From a virus, in the IMG/VR virus record IMGVR_UViG_3300009709_000021, positions 1-64,000 of that record: a stretch of DNA of 64,000 bases; one strand, given 5' to 3'. Under the pieces are notes generated by a model. That model saw only the letters and a list, made by a program, of their open reading frames with translations, had not been told where the DNA came from and did not search any database. Position 1 is the stretch's first letter. Every line of letters starts with the position of its first letter. This document shows positions 16,770 through 24,327 of this stretch, piece by piece. Position numbers and translations under genes: made by a program.

Positions 16770-17993
16770 TGCCGGTTGTACCTCTGACAGGTATGTGGTG
16801 ACTCGGCCCGAATCCGAGATATAGACTGTAGTACCTAAATGTTATGGTAGTTGATTATATGACTGTTTTGTGGGTTTAATATGACTGTTAAGTCATACTA
16901 ATTGAGAGCATGTACCCTAAGGTGGGATTGATCCGGAGATACTAGCTAATCTTAGTATAGTCGGGGACTTGCCATAAGAAGTTCTCGTATAAATCCTTTG
17001 AAAGCAAATAGTCGGGTAATTGGTCCTGGCTTAGTAGCGCAAAGGTTGACCAATCGGAAACAGTCCGGTACCCCACCCCAGGTCCACTCATCGGCCTGGG
17101 GTGGCCATCTTCAAATCCAAGTTTTAGACTCGTTACCAGGTCTCTCACCCGGCGGGTGATACCATTTATTGGGAAAACAATGTCTAGAATTTGGTTGACC
17201 GCCGAGAATAGTACGGCTTCGAACATAAGAATACTCCGGGTCCGGAACCGGGGTAAATCCTGCCAGAAAAAGCTATAGATCTGTGGGCGTAGGGATCACT
17301 TTTCGAGAAGTTTAACAGGGTAATAGACTCTTCGCACTATGTATGGTTGAATACTCTGCCCAGGGGTGGAGGCTACAGGACCATGACGTCGGACGTGGTG
17401 AACCGCTGTTTCTTGCTTGTTAATATCATTCTTCGAAACAGAGCCGAAGTCTTCAAAACCGAGTTGTGACATGCGACTAGACAGCTTACTCAGAGACTCA
17501 GAGCCTCCATCGCGTGTGGCCTCATTCTGCTGGGCTTGGATGGCCATTGCTCACTTCCGCGAAAGCGAAGATGTGCCCCTGGGAGGTTGGCCGGTGGGAA
17601 TAGTCCACCAAACTTTTAAATCCATGTGTTAGAATGCGTGGGCCACATCTTGACGTAGTGCAAGTGCAACCCTTTAATCCGTACACAGGTTCTCTGGGTA
17701 CCGTAAGAATATTCTAGCAAATGGTTGACCGCAACGAATAGTGTTGCACCGAATTTTTCCTAGTCATGACGGCGTGGAGCCGACATACAGGCATTGATCC
17801 GCAACTATGATTAGGTTATAATTGACCTCCGGGAATAGTCCGGTCCTTACTGAATAAGTCGTTCCCTTAGGTATGGCAACAAAGCGCTCCCTATCCGGAC
17901 TAACTTGAGCCTAATAACTAAGGTTATGCTGACTGCCGGGAATAGTTCGGCACCCACCTCTCCACCTCGGGCCAAATCATCGGCTCGGGGTGG
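16770..17993 (+). ncRNA. Array of unassigned paralogous structured RNAs (six GGUUGACC / GAAUAGU-hairpin modules)
   Basis: Modules at 17044, 17193, 17585, 17723, 17822, 17930 with covarying stems; duplicated 32-nt hairpin at 17073 and 17962; no credible CDS. Confidence 0.75.
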
Positions 17994-18020
17994 TTCCTTT
18001 CTTGTCTCTTTTTCTTTAGT

Positions 18021-18419
18021 ATGTCTGAAAACACTCACAAACAGGTGATTCTTGTCCGCACCGACTTAAAAATGGGCAAGGGAAAGATTGGTGCGCAAGT
18101 TGCACACGCGAGTATGGCTGCATTGTTGGATGGTGCGATTTCGTCGGCAGCAAATAATAGCCTAAGTTTATGGCTTGGCGACGAGAGATTCGGTCCTTGG
18201 CTCAACGGAGCCTTCACAAAAGTTTGTTTGAAGGTGGATAATGAACAAGCGCTTTTCGACCATTATAGCGCTGCTAGAGAGCGCGGTATGCTTGCCTCTC
18301 TTATTCGGGATAGTGGTCGTACTGTGTTCCATGGCGAGCCCACTTATACTTGTGTGGCAATTGGGCCTGACAGTCGCGAAAAAATTGATGCGCTGACTGA
18401 AACATTGAGCTTGCTATGA
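18021..18419 (+). CDS. pth2: Peptidyl-tRNA hydrolase type II
   Basis: KQVILVRTDLKMGKGKIGAQVAHAS, KVCLKV, IRDSGRT, TCVAIGP. Confidence 0.93.
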   Translation: MSENTHKQVILVRTDLKMGKGKIGAQVAHASMAALLDGAISSAANNSLSLWLGDERFGPWLNGAFTKVCLKVDNEQALFDHYSAARERGMLASLIRDSGRTVFHGEPTYTCVAIGPDSREKIDALTETLSLL

Positions 18420-18649
18420 CACAGAAAGAACGGTTAAAACTATTTGAAGATGCGTTTCATCGAATTCAATTGTATCGTGAAGTTACAATGGATGGAGCCA
18501 AAGTAATAGAGCTTTTGGATATTATCGGAGACTGGTCTTACGCACATAGGGCTGGTAATGGAGAATTATCTGATAGAGAAGTGAAACGTGCAATCGCGTA
18601 CCAAGAGAATAGACTACAGAATTTTTTACACGGAGTAAGAACAGCATGA
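18416..18649 (+). CDS. Hypothetical protein
   Basis: ATGA-coupled ORF. Confidence 0.6.
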   Translation: MTQKERLKLFEDAFHRIQLYREVTMDGAKVIELLDIIGDWSYAHRAGNGELSDREVKRAIAYQENRLQNFLHGVRTA

Positions 18650-19032
18650 TGACATCTCATCAAAAAACAGTTAATGTTAATCGTAAAATTTTGATTGACG
18701 CTTTAATTAAAAACCTTGAAGACCACCGTAAAGAGTATCGAGAAGCTGTGGAGGGTTACCGGCTTACAATCATGAATGATTTGGAAGGCGCTTTACATGA
18801 TATGGAACGCGCCAAGACTGATGACGAAATTCGCAAGGTCCAAGTCAAATTTCAATTTCCGATGAATTATGAAATGCAATACATTGAAGCTATCGATATG
18901 TTGCAATTTTCTGTTGACGAAAATATCCAAATCGATCAACAGACTTTCCAATCTTGGATTAAAAATGAATGGTCTTGGACAACGCATTTTAAAGCATTGA
19001 ATTCGACCTATACTTTGGCAAATTCTCGGTAA
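18646..19032 (+). CDS. Hypothetical protein
   Basis: ATGA-coupled ORF with GGAG RBS. Confidence 0.65.
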   Translation: MMTSHQKTVNVNRKILIDALIKNLEDHRKEYREAVEGYRLTIMNDLEGALHDMERAKTDDEIRKVQVKFQFPMNYEMQYIEAIDMLQFSVDENIQIDQQTFQSWIKNEWSWTTHFKALNSTYTLANSR

Positions 19033-19038
19033 AATAGC

Positions 19039-19067
19039 TTGACAGAGAATCGCAGTTTTGATACACT
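19039..19067 (+). promoter_or_regulatory. Sigma70-like promoter for tRNA pair, overlapped by inverted repeat
   Basis: TTGACA-17-TACACT. Confidence 0.6.
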
Positions 19068-19079
19068 GCGATTTCTAAT

Positions 19080-19153
19080 GCGAGATTAGTTTAATGGCAA
19101 AACCACAGCCTTCCAAGCTGACGTCGTCGGTTCGATTCCGACATTTCGCTCCA
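19080..19153 (+). tRNA. tRNA-Gly(TCC)
   Basis: GCGAGAT/ATTTCGC acceptor, CAGC-CTTCCAA-GCTG, TTCGATT, TCCA. Confidence 0.95.
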
Positions 19154-19164
19154 GTAAACTTTGC

Positions 19165-19238
19165 TGGCCAGTAGCTCAGCAGGTAGTAGCGAAACGCTGT
19201 TAACGTTTAGGTCCTAGGTTCGAACCCTAGCTGGCCAG
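19165..19238 (+). tRNA. tRNA-Asn(GTT), no encoded CCA
   Basis: TGGCCAG/CTGGCCA acceptor, AAACG-CTGTTAA-CGTTT, TTCGAAC. Confidence 0.9.
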
Positions 19239-19267
19239 CAAAGTTTATACGCCCAGAGAGCACCACA

Positions 19268-20317
19268 GTGAACGATTTTACTACTACAACTGCAACTCAA
19301 TTTTTACCATCGATTTTTTCGGTACCGAACCCAGTACCGGTTAAAAAGAAATTAGAAGGCAATGCAAGACTTCATGTCTTCACTGCATACTTCAATCATA
19401 ATCAATCAGAAAATGTTCGTAACAATTTTTTCCGTTTTCGTGAGCATATGGAAAAACTTGGAGTTACCTTACATGTGGTTGAAGTTGTTTTAAATACTGC
19501 GCCATTTGAAGTAACAACTTCAGATAATGTTCTGCATACCCAATTACGAGCAAAATACGAACTTTTTCGTAAAGAAAACGTTATTAATATTGCTATTCGC
19601 CGTGCTTTAGAAAATTTTAAAGACGATATTCAATTCATTGCATGGATCGATGCGGATGTACAATTTGTTAATGAGAATGTTGTTCAGGAAACAATTGACC
19701 AGCTACATCGACATAAAGTAGTTCAGATGTGGACACGAGCTATTGACTTGGATCCTGAAGGTGTTCCGCTCAACCTTGGTGGATCTGGTGCTGAAAATGC
19801 AATTGTCAAATCGTTCGTATGGTGTCATCTTGAATACGGTATTGAAAATAGGCCCAGAGGTCGAGGATACTCCACCTTGTGGCATCCTGGTTATGCTTGG
19901 GCCATTACTCGTGAAGCATACGAAGAGATGAGTGGACTATTTGACTTGTCTGTATTTGGTTCTGGCGATACACATATGGCAATGTCTTTTGTAGGACGCG
20001 GTAAAGAAACATTGCATGGTAAAACAACTCAGAATTACCAAGAACGCTCCTGGGAACACATGTATCGAATAGAAACTGTGATCAATGGAGATGTCGGATG
20101 TATTAACGGACTGCTTATGCATTATTGGCATGGGCGAAAGGCAAATCGCAAATATGTAGAACGTTGGTCAATTCCGGTTGACAATAAATTCGAGCCCGGT
20201 TATGATCTCTACCGCAGACCTGATGGACTGCTTGAGTTGACTGACCGAAACCCTAAACTTCGTGACGATATCCGGGCGTATATTCGCCAACGTGATGAAG
20301 ATTGTAATACCCTTTAA
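19268..20317 (+). CDS. GT-A fold glycosyltransferase-like protein
   Basis: KENVIN, IAWIDAD (DXD), HPGYAWA, GSGD, H.WHG. Confidence 0.7.
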   Translation: MNDFTTTTATQFLPSIFSVPNPVPVKKKLEGNARLHVFTAYFNHNQSENVRNNFFRFREHMEKLGVTLHVVEVVLNTAPFEVTTSDNVLHTQLRAKYELFRKENVINIAIRRALENFKDDIQFIAWIDADVQFVNENVVQETIDQLHRHKVVQMWTRAIDLDPEGVPLNLGGSGAENAIVKSFVWCHLEYGIENRPRGRGYSTLWHPGYAWAITREAYEEMSGLFDLSVFGSGDTHMAMSFVGRGKETLHGKTTQNYQERSWEHMYRIETVINGDVGCINGLLMHYWHGRKANRKYVERWSIPVDNKFEPGYDLYRRPDGLLELTDRNPKLRDDIRAYIRQRDEDCNTL

Positions 20318-20333
20318 TTTTGGAGCATTAAAA

Positions 20334-20639
20334 ATGACTGATACTACCACTACCCCTGAAGTTGTTACCGCTACTGAAACTGCAGTTAATACTGCTACTG
20401 CTGATGTTGCAGCAACTGTTGCCAGCGGCACCGTCGAAGCTGTCGCTTCGGAAGTTGACGGTGCAGTTAATACTGCCGTTGACGCTGCTGATACGGCAGT
20501 CACAACCGCTGTCGATACCACGGTCCATCTTTCGATTATCAACGAACTAGAAACCAAGGTTCGTGCAATCGGCGGCGACATCGAAGCGTTCTTTAGTAAG
20601 GTTGTTGCTGACGCCAAGGCACTCGTAGCAAAGCTGTAA
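20334..20639 (+). CDS. Thr/Ala/Val-rich low-complexity protein
   Basis: GGAG RBS, followed by terminator. Confidence 0.6.
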   Translation: MTDTTTTPEVVTATETAVNTATADVAATVASGTVEAVASEVDGAVNTAVDAADTAVTTAVDTTVHLSIINELETKVRAIGGDIEAFFSKVVADAKALVAKL

Positions 20640-20648
20640 TTGTTGTAA

Positions 20649-20677
20649 GCCGCCGGGATTCCTCGGCGGTTCTTTTA
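20649..20677 (+). terminator. Intrinsic terminator
   Basis: CCGCCGGG/CTCGGCGG stem plus T-rich tail. Confidence 0.7.
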
Positions 20678-20752
20678 TCCCTCTGTATTCCCCGCTCCGA
20701 TTTGGTATAAGTAAGTTGAGAAGGATTAATAACTTAATTCATTGGAGCTCTC

Positions 20753-21121
20753 ATGTTTAATACGGTACTCAATTATATCCCTTTGGTAGCGCAAGTTTTG
20801 CTACTTCTGGCGTTAAGTGGTTATATCTTCGTTGGTCTTGTGGATATGTACTTGCGAATTCTGGACCCAGGATTCCATGTAGCTTTTGATCGTGAAGCGG
20901 AATCAAAGTTTGCTCATCAGTACTTCAAACGGCCAATCTGGAATTCGTATTGGGTCTGGGCGCTTTGCAAAGTGTTTGACTTTTTCATCATCGGGTTCGT
21001 ATTGTCTATCGGCCCAATACACGGCTGGTGGCAAGTGCCGATGTACGTAATCGGCATGGTATTCATGATCAATCTCGAAATCACGCCGCGTTTTCAGGTT
21101 TGGCAACACGTTAACGATTAG
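20753..21121 (+). CDS. Membrane protein
   Basis: About three hydrophobic segments. Confidence 0.6.
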   Translation: MFNTVLNYIPLVAQVLLLLALSGYIFVGLVDMYLRILDPGFHVAFDREAESKFAHQYFKRPIWNSYWVWALCKVFDFFIIGFVLSIGPIHGWWQVPMYVIGMVFMINLEITPRFQVWQHVND

Positions 21122-21129
21122 GGAATCAA

Positions 21130-21378
21130 ATGGATCCGAAGTCAATTGAAAATCTCCTCAAGGAAACACAAGAGAAGAACAAACACCAAGCCCCGCCCAC
21201 GGTAGAGGAATCCGATGTTCTGAACTTTGATGAATCTCGGAAGTTCTTTGCCGGCTGTGCCTTGACGGGAATGCTATCGGAATGCCGTCTCGGTGCAAAC
21301 CTTAGTAAAAGTCAAATGGACGATGTCTGTAACAAGGCTGCGTACATGGGTAATTTACTCGCCGAGAAAATGTGTTGA
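21130..21378 (+). CDS. Hypothetical protein
   Basis: R..FAG.AL.GML..A...A..L motif common in small phage proteins. Confidence 0.6.
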   Translation: MDPKSIENLLKETQEKNKHQAPPTVEESDVLNFDESRKFFAGCALTGMLSECRLGANLSKSQMDDVCNKAAYMGNLLAEKMC

Positions 21379-21384
21379 GGCAAC

Positions 21385-21699
21385 ATGGACAATCTGACCA
21401 TTGTTGTCAAGCCGGGTGAAGAAAAGGAGTGGGATTTGTTCGAAGCATGGATTAAATCTTTGGATGAATCTTCTCCGTTAGCCTTCGAACTTATTCACAG
21501 TCATGACTACGGAAAGGAAACAGCATGGGCAGCTTGGAAATACAAAGCTGGCCTCAGAAGGGTTCCTGTGTCTGACCGAACTTGGCATTTGTGTGTATTT
21601 GGTGCGCTTACTATATATTCGATAGTCGCCAGGCCCTGGTGGGTCACTGTGGCTGTCGTTATAGTAGGCGTTCTCTTTTTTCCAATCGATAGGAAATAA
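21385..21699 (+). CDS. Membrane protein
   Basis: C-terminal hydrophobic segments; GAGG RBS. Confidence 0.6.
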   Translation: MDNLTIVVKPGEEKEWDLFEAWIKSLDESSPLAFELIHSHDYGKETAWAAWKYKAGLRRVPVSDRTWHLCVFGALTIYSIVARPWWVTVAVVIVGVLFFPIDRK

Positions 21700-21701
21700 C
21701 A

Positions 21702-22028
21702 ATGAAAGTAGCGCTCGCAGCAATTGGCAGCATTGTAGTGTTCCTGGCAATTGTTGTAGGATTGTCGTTTTTCGGAACTGGTTTGGATTATATTCAGACC
21801 AAAATTTTCTCTCCAAAGTACGAGCAAGTCCGACACAACACGTTTGAGTGTTCGGATTCTCATACAGACGGCCTGGTACGTGAACTTCGCCAGATCCGTG
21901 AGCAATACTCCCACGCTGATGACGCTGGCAAAGCAGCGTTGGCCGATACGTTCAAACATGATTACGATGGCTATACTTGCGGTAATTTGCCGCAAGATAT
22001 TCAGTCGTTTTACTCTTCTATTCAGTGA
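21702..22028 (+). CDS. Membrane-anchored protein
   Basis: N-terminal TM segment. Confidence 0.65.
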   Translation: MKVALAAIGSIVVFLAIVVGLSFFGTGLDYIQTKIFSPKYEQVRHNTFECSDSHTDGLVRELRQIREQYSHADDAGKAALADTFKHDYDGYTCGNLPQDIQSFYSSIQ

Positions 22029-22034
22029 GGCATC

Positions 22035-22571
22035 ATGAACTTCAAAACCAAGCTATTAATCGTCAGTGTGTTTCTGTCGGCGATTGCTCTGTCGGGTTGC
22101 GACGATAATGTCCAACCTACGACGCAGCAAAGAGAGTCGGCAGCTCAGGACAAGGTTCAAGCTGAATCTAATGCCTCAGTGGGTATGCCGAATATCCTGA
22201 ACTTCACAGAGAAGAGGACCTACAAGGAAATTTTCGAAAAACGCGACGAGCCGAACCTGCAAACTTTCACGTATCTGGTTAGTGAGCAAACAATGGCCCA
22301 CGCACCGTTGTGCCGATCCATCGGTTACGGCATCCCTGAGTCTGAGCAATACACGAACCCATCGACTGTTTCTGATTTCGGTGGAAGCCAGCGTTACGCC
22401 TTCGAAGTGATTCCGCAAGCTGATCCGAACGCTTTGTATTCGTCTCCGTCGGCAAACGGTACCTGGGTTTTGTGTTTGTTCAAAGATACAAAGGTCCTTC
22501 CGGTTCGTAGTGAGCCGAACGTCTTGACGTTGCCCGAGCCGTGGGGCCAACTTAACCAAGACGGGATGTAA
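22035..22571 (+). CDS. Lipoprotein
   Basis: Lipobox LSGC; SIGYGIP..QYTNP, PQADPN, GTWVLC. Confidence 0.7.
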   Translation: MNFKTKLLIVSVFLSAIALSGCDDNVQPTTQQRESAAQDKVQAESNASVGMPNILNFTEKRTYKEIFEKRDEPNLQTFTYLVSEQTMAHAPLCRSIGYGIPESEQYTNPSTVSDFGGSQRYAFEVIPQADPNALYSSPSANGTWVLCLFKDTKVLPVRSEPNVLTLPEPWGQLNQDGM

Positions 22572-22756
22572 TATGGTTGTAATTATTGCTTTAACTTTGC
22601 TTATCTTCTGCCTTCTCTGGATTGATAAAAAAATCACTTGGCTGATCTGGATGCACGAAATATACGGCGTTATCCTGATCTTGGCCGCAGGCGTTGATGC
22701 TGTCTTAATCGGCATTAAAGTTGCAAAGGTTGTAGGTTTGTTGTAGAATCCCCAAA

Positions 22757-22896
22757 GTCGTGGTGAAGTCGAGGCTTACTTCATAGGAACCGGCATCCTG
22801 GAGGTTCAAGTCCTCTCACTGCGTCCTCTATGGCGTAGTGTGGCGAAACTGGTAAACGCACTGGTAGTTAAGCGCGTCTTGATATTTGTTCCCGAC
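22757..22896 (+). ncRNA. Y RNA-like (YrlA-type) #1 with permuted tRNA module
   Basis: GTCG-TGGTG..TTACTTC..TTGTTCC-CGAC; T-arm GGAGG-TTCAAGT-CCTCT precedes Leu-like D-arm TGGCGAAACTGGTAAACGC. Confidence 0.8.
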
Positions 22897-22929
22897 CTTG
22901 GTATAATAACTTTGAGATAGAATTTGATT

Positions 22930-23058
22930 ACTCATGGTGTAGATAGGAAGTTCTTCTTTACCTGCAAATAAAGACCTTTGGGGTTCGATTCCCCTTCCAT
23001 CCAAATCAGGGGGTGGCCTGGGTGGAGGTTTCGACCGTCCTGTCGACTGTTCCTGAGT
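22930..23058 (+). ncRNA. Y RNA-like #2
   Basis: ACTCA-TGGTGTAG..GTTCTTC..TGTTCC-TGAGT; T-arm GGGG-TTCGATT-CCCC. Confidence 0.8.
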
Positions 23059-23071
23059 TTCTAATAAGTTA

Positions 23072-23154
23072 AGCGTGGTGTAGCAGCGAATGCGAATTTC
23101 GGTTACTTCATACTCGTAATATGGCTCGTAAAACCGGAAGCGATTGTTCCCGCT
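23072..23154 (+). ncRNA. Y RNA-like #3 (minimal)
   Basis: AGCG-TGGTGTAG..TTACTTC..TTGTTCC-CGCT. Confidence 0.75.
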
Positions 23155-23170
23155 CAACAAGGAGAAGGAA

Positions 23171-23551
23171 ATGTCTCAAAAGCTAGGATTTGTTGTGGTT
23201 CGTGCATCTAAGGTTGTTCTGCGTGCTCAGAAAGAAATTGATCGCATTGAAGCTATAAGAAAACAACAGTCTGAAAACTATGTGCTGAACACAATAGATA
23301 TATTGAATAAATCGTTTTTCAGAAAACTGTTTAGACGACCTGCGGCGACCCGTGAAGAAGCTCTAAAGTACATTGAGGAAGATGACTTCGATCGGTGGGA
23401 GTATTACGATCTAGCTTATCGTATGTCTGACAAAGAGGCAGGTTTGAAAAAACTGATCGATGTAGGTAGTGAACTGCTGAAAGATAGTAGCGTTGCAGAA
23501 ATGGAACTCGCCATCGAAGTAGCAGACTGGCTAGTGTTAAAGCCAGAATAA
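23171..23551 (+). CDS. Hypothetical protein inside Y RNA array
   Basis: AGGAG RBS. Confidence 0.65.
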   Translation: MSQKLGFVVVRASKVVLRAQKEIDRIEAIRKQQSENYVLNTIDILNKSFFRKLFRRPAATREEALKYIEEDDFDRWEYYDLAYRMSDKEAGLKKLIDVGSELLKDSSVAEMELAIEVADWLVLKPE

Positions 23552-23573
23552 GCCTGAGAAGGCTTGTGTAAGT

Positions 23574-23647
23574 CCTGTGGTGTAATGTTCGGTTACTTCT
23601 CAAACCTTTATTTGAACCCAAAATAGCCGGATGTGATTGTTCCCAGG
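23574..23647 (+). ncRNA. Y RNA-like #4 (minimal)
   Basis: CCTG-TGGTGTA..TTACTTC..TTGTTCC-CAGG. Confidence 0.75.
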
Positions 23648-23683
23648 CATTACCCAAGCCTTTTCGAATTCACTTGCATCGAA

Positions 23684-23825
23684 TAACCGTGGTGTAGAGA
23701 AGACTTACTTCATACCGGAGCGGCGGGTCACAGGTTCAAATCCTGCATTCCTCTTAATTGAGGAAGTAGCTCAGTCTGGCAGAGCAGCCGCAATAGAAAC
23801 GTCTTTTCGAATTTGTTCCCGGTTA
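23684..23825 (+). ncRNA. Y RNA-like #5 with permuted tRNA module
   Basis: TAACCG-TGGTGTAG..TTACTTC..TTGTTCC-CGGTTA; T-arm CAGG-TTCAAAT-CCTG, closed acceptor-like hairpin, then TAGCTCAGTCTGGCAGAGC. Confidence 0.85.
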
Positions 23826-23842
23826 AAGACTAGGAGAATTAA

Positions 23843-24085
23843 ATGAGTTATGATCGTCAGGACCAAATGAAACAGTTAGGGGCTTTACAAAAGAAGCTCA
23901 ATGACAGATTTGGCGACGTAATGGATCTGACCGGTGACTCCACTACTTTTGTGGCATACACTGATGTCTGGAGTCCTGTAGAAGGCGGGGTGTCGTTAAC
24001 GATTGATGGTGGACTCAGCATTGAAGATTTGGAATTTCTCTTGTTTCACCTCAAAGAGTTTGACAGGGAATTTCCGAAGAAGTAG
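23843..24085 (+). CDS. Hypothetical protein inside Y RNA array
   Basis: AGGAG RBS. Confidence 0.65.
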   Translation: MSYDRQDQMKQLGALQKKLNDRFGDVMDLTGDSTTFVAYTDVWSPVEGGVSLTIDGGLSIEDLEFLLFHLKEFDREFPKK

Positions 24086-24091
24086 AATAGA

Positions 24092-24231
24092 AAACTCGTG
24101 ATGTAGATAAGAAGTTCTTCTCCTGTTAAGAGGGTGGTCGGGGGTTCGAATCCCTCCGGTGGCAAATCAGGGCCGCCGTAGCTCAGTTGGTAGAGCACCT
24201 ACGATTCGTCTTATCGCTTGTTCCCGAGTTT
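24092..24231 (+). ncRNA. Y RNA-like #6 (YrlA-type)
   Basis: AAACTCG..GTTCTTC, CTGTTAA loop, T-arm TTCGAAT, CGGTGGC/GCCGCCG hairpin, D-arm TAGCTCAGTTGGTAGAGC, TTGTTCC-CGAGTTT. Confidence 0.85.
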
Positions 24232-24249
24232 GTAACACAGATTAGAAAA

Positions 24250-24312
24250 TTTCATGGTGTTGAGCAGAGATACTTCTCTGGTGATAAACTCTCTGTTCGT
24301 TTGTTCCTGAAA
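24250..24312 (+). ncRNA. Y RNA-like #7 (minimal)
   Basis: TTTCA-TGGTG..GAGCAGAGA/TCTCTGTTC..TTGTTCC-TGAAA. Confidence 0.75.
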
Positions 24313-24327
24313 ATTAAGGTGATAAAA

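Noticed and set aside
16770-17993. CRISPR array, tmRNA (TCCACCA at 17604), RNase P RNA or group I intron
   Set aside because: Repeats vary in sequence and spacing and no cas genes are present; no T-arm or tag frame; no RNase P P4 or intron core, and no interrupted gene
16942-18038. Short ORFs inside the 16.8-18.0 kb region
   Set aside because: Mostly antisense, non-ATG or without RBS, and overlapping covarying RNA helices
22828-23160. 110-aa minus-strand ORF and the 23637..23846 ORF
   Set aside because: Overlap Y RNA genes; no coding features
22757-24231. T-arm and D-arm sequences as ordinary tRNAs
   Set aside because: Order is permuted (T before D), the acceptor is closed by a loop and there is no CCA; consistent with YrlA-type RNAs
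24187-24327. N-terminal extension of the TROVE ORF
   Set aside because: Overlaps Y RNAs #6 and #7; a good RBS precedes ATG 24328
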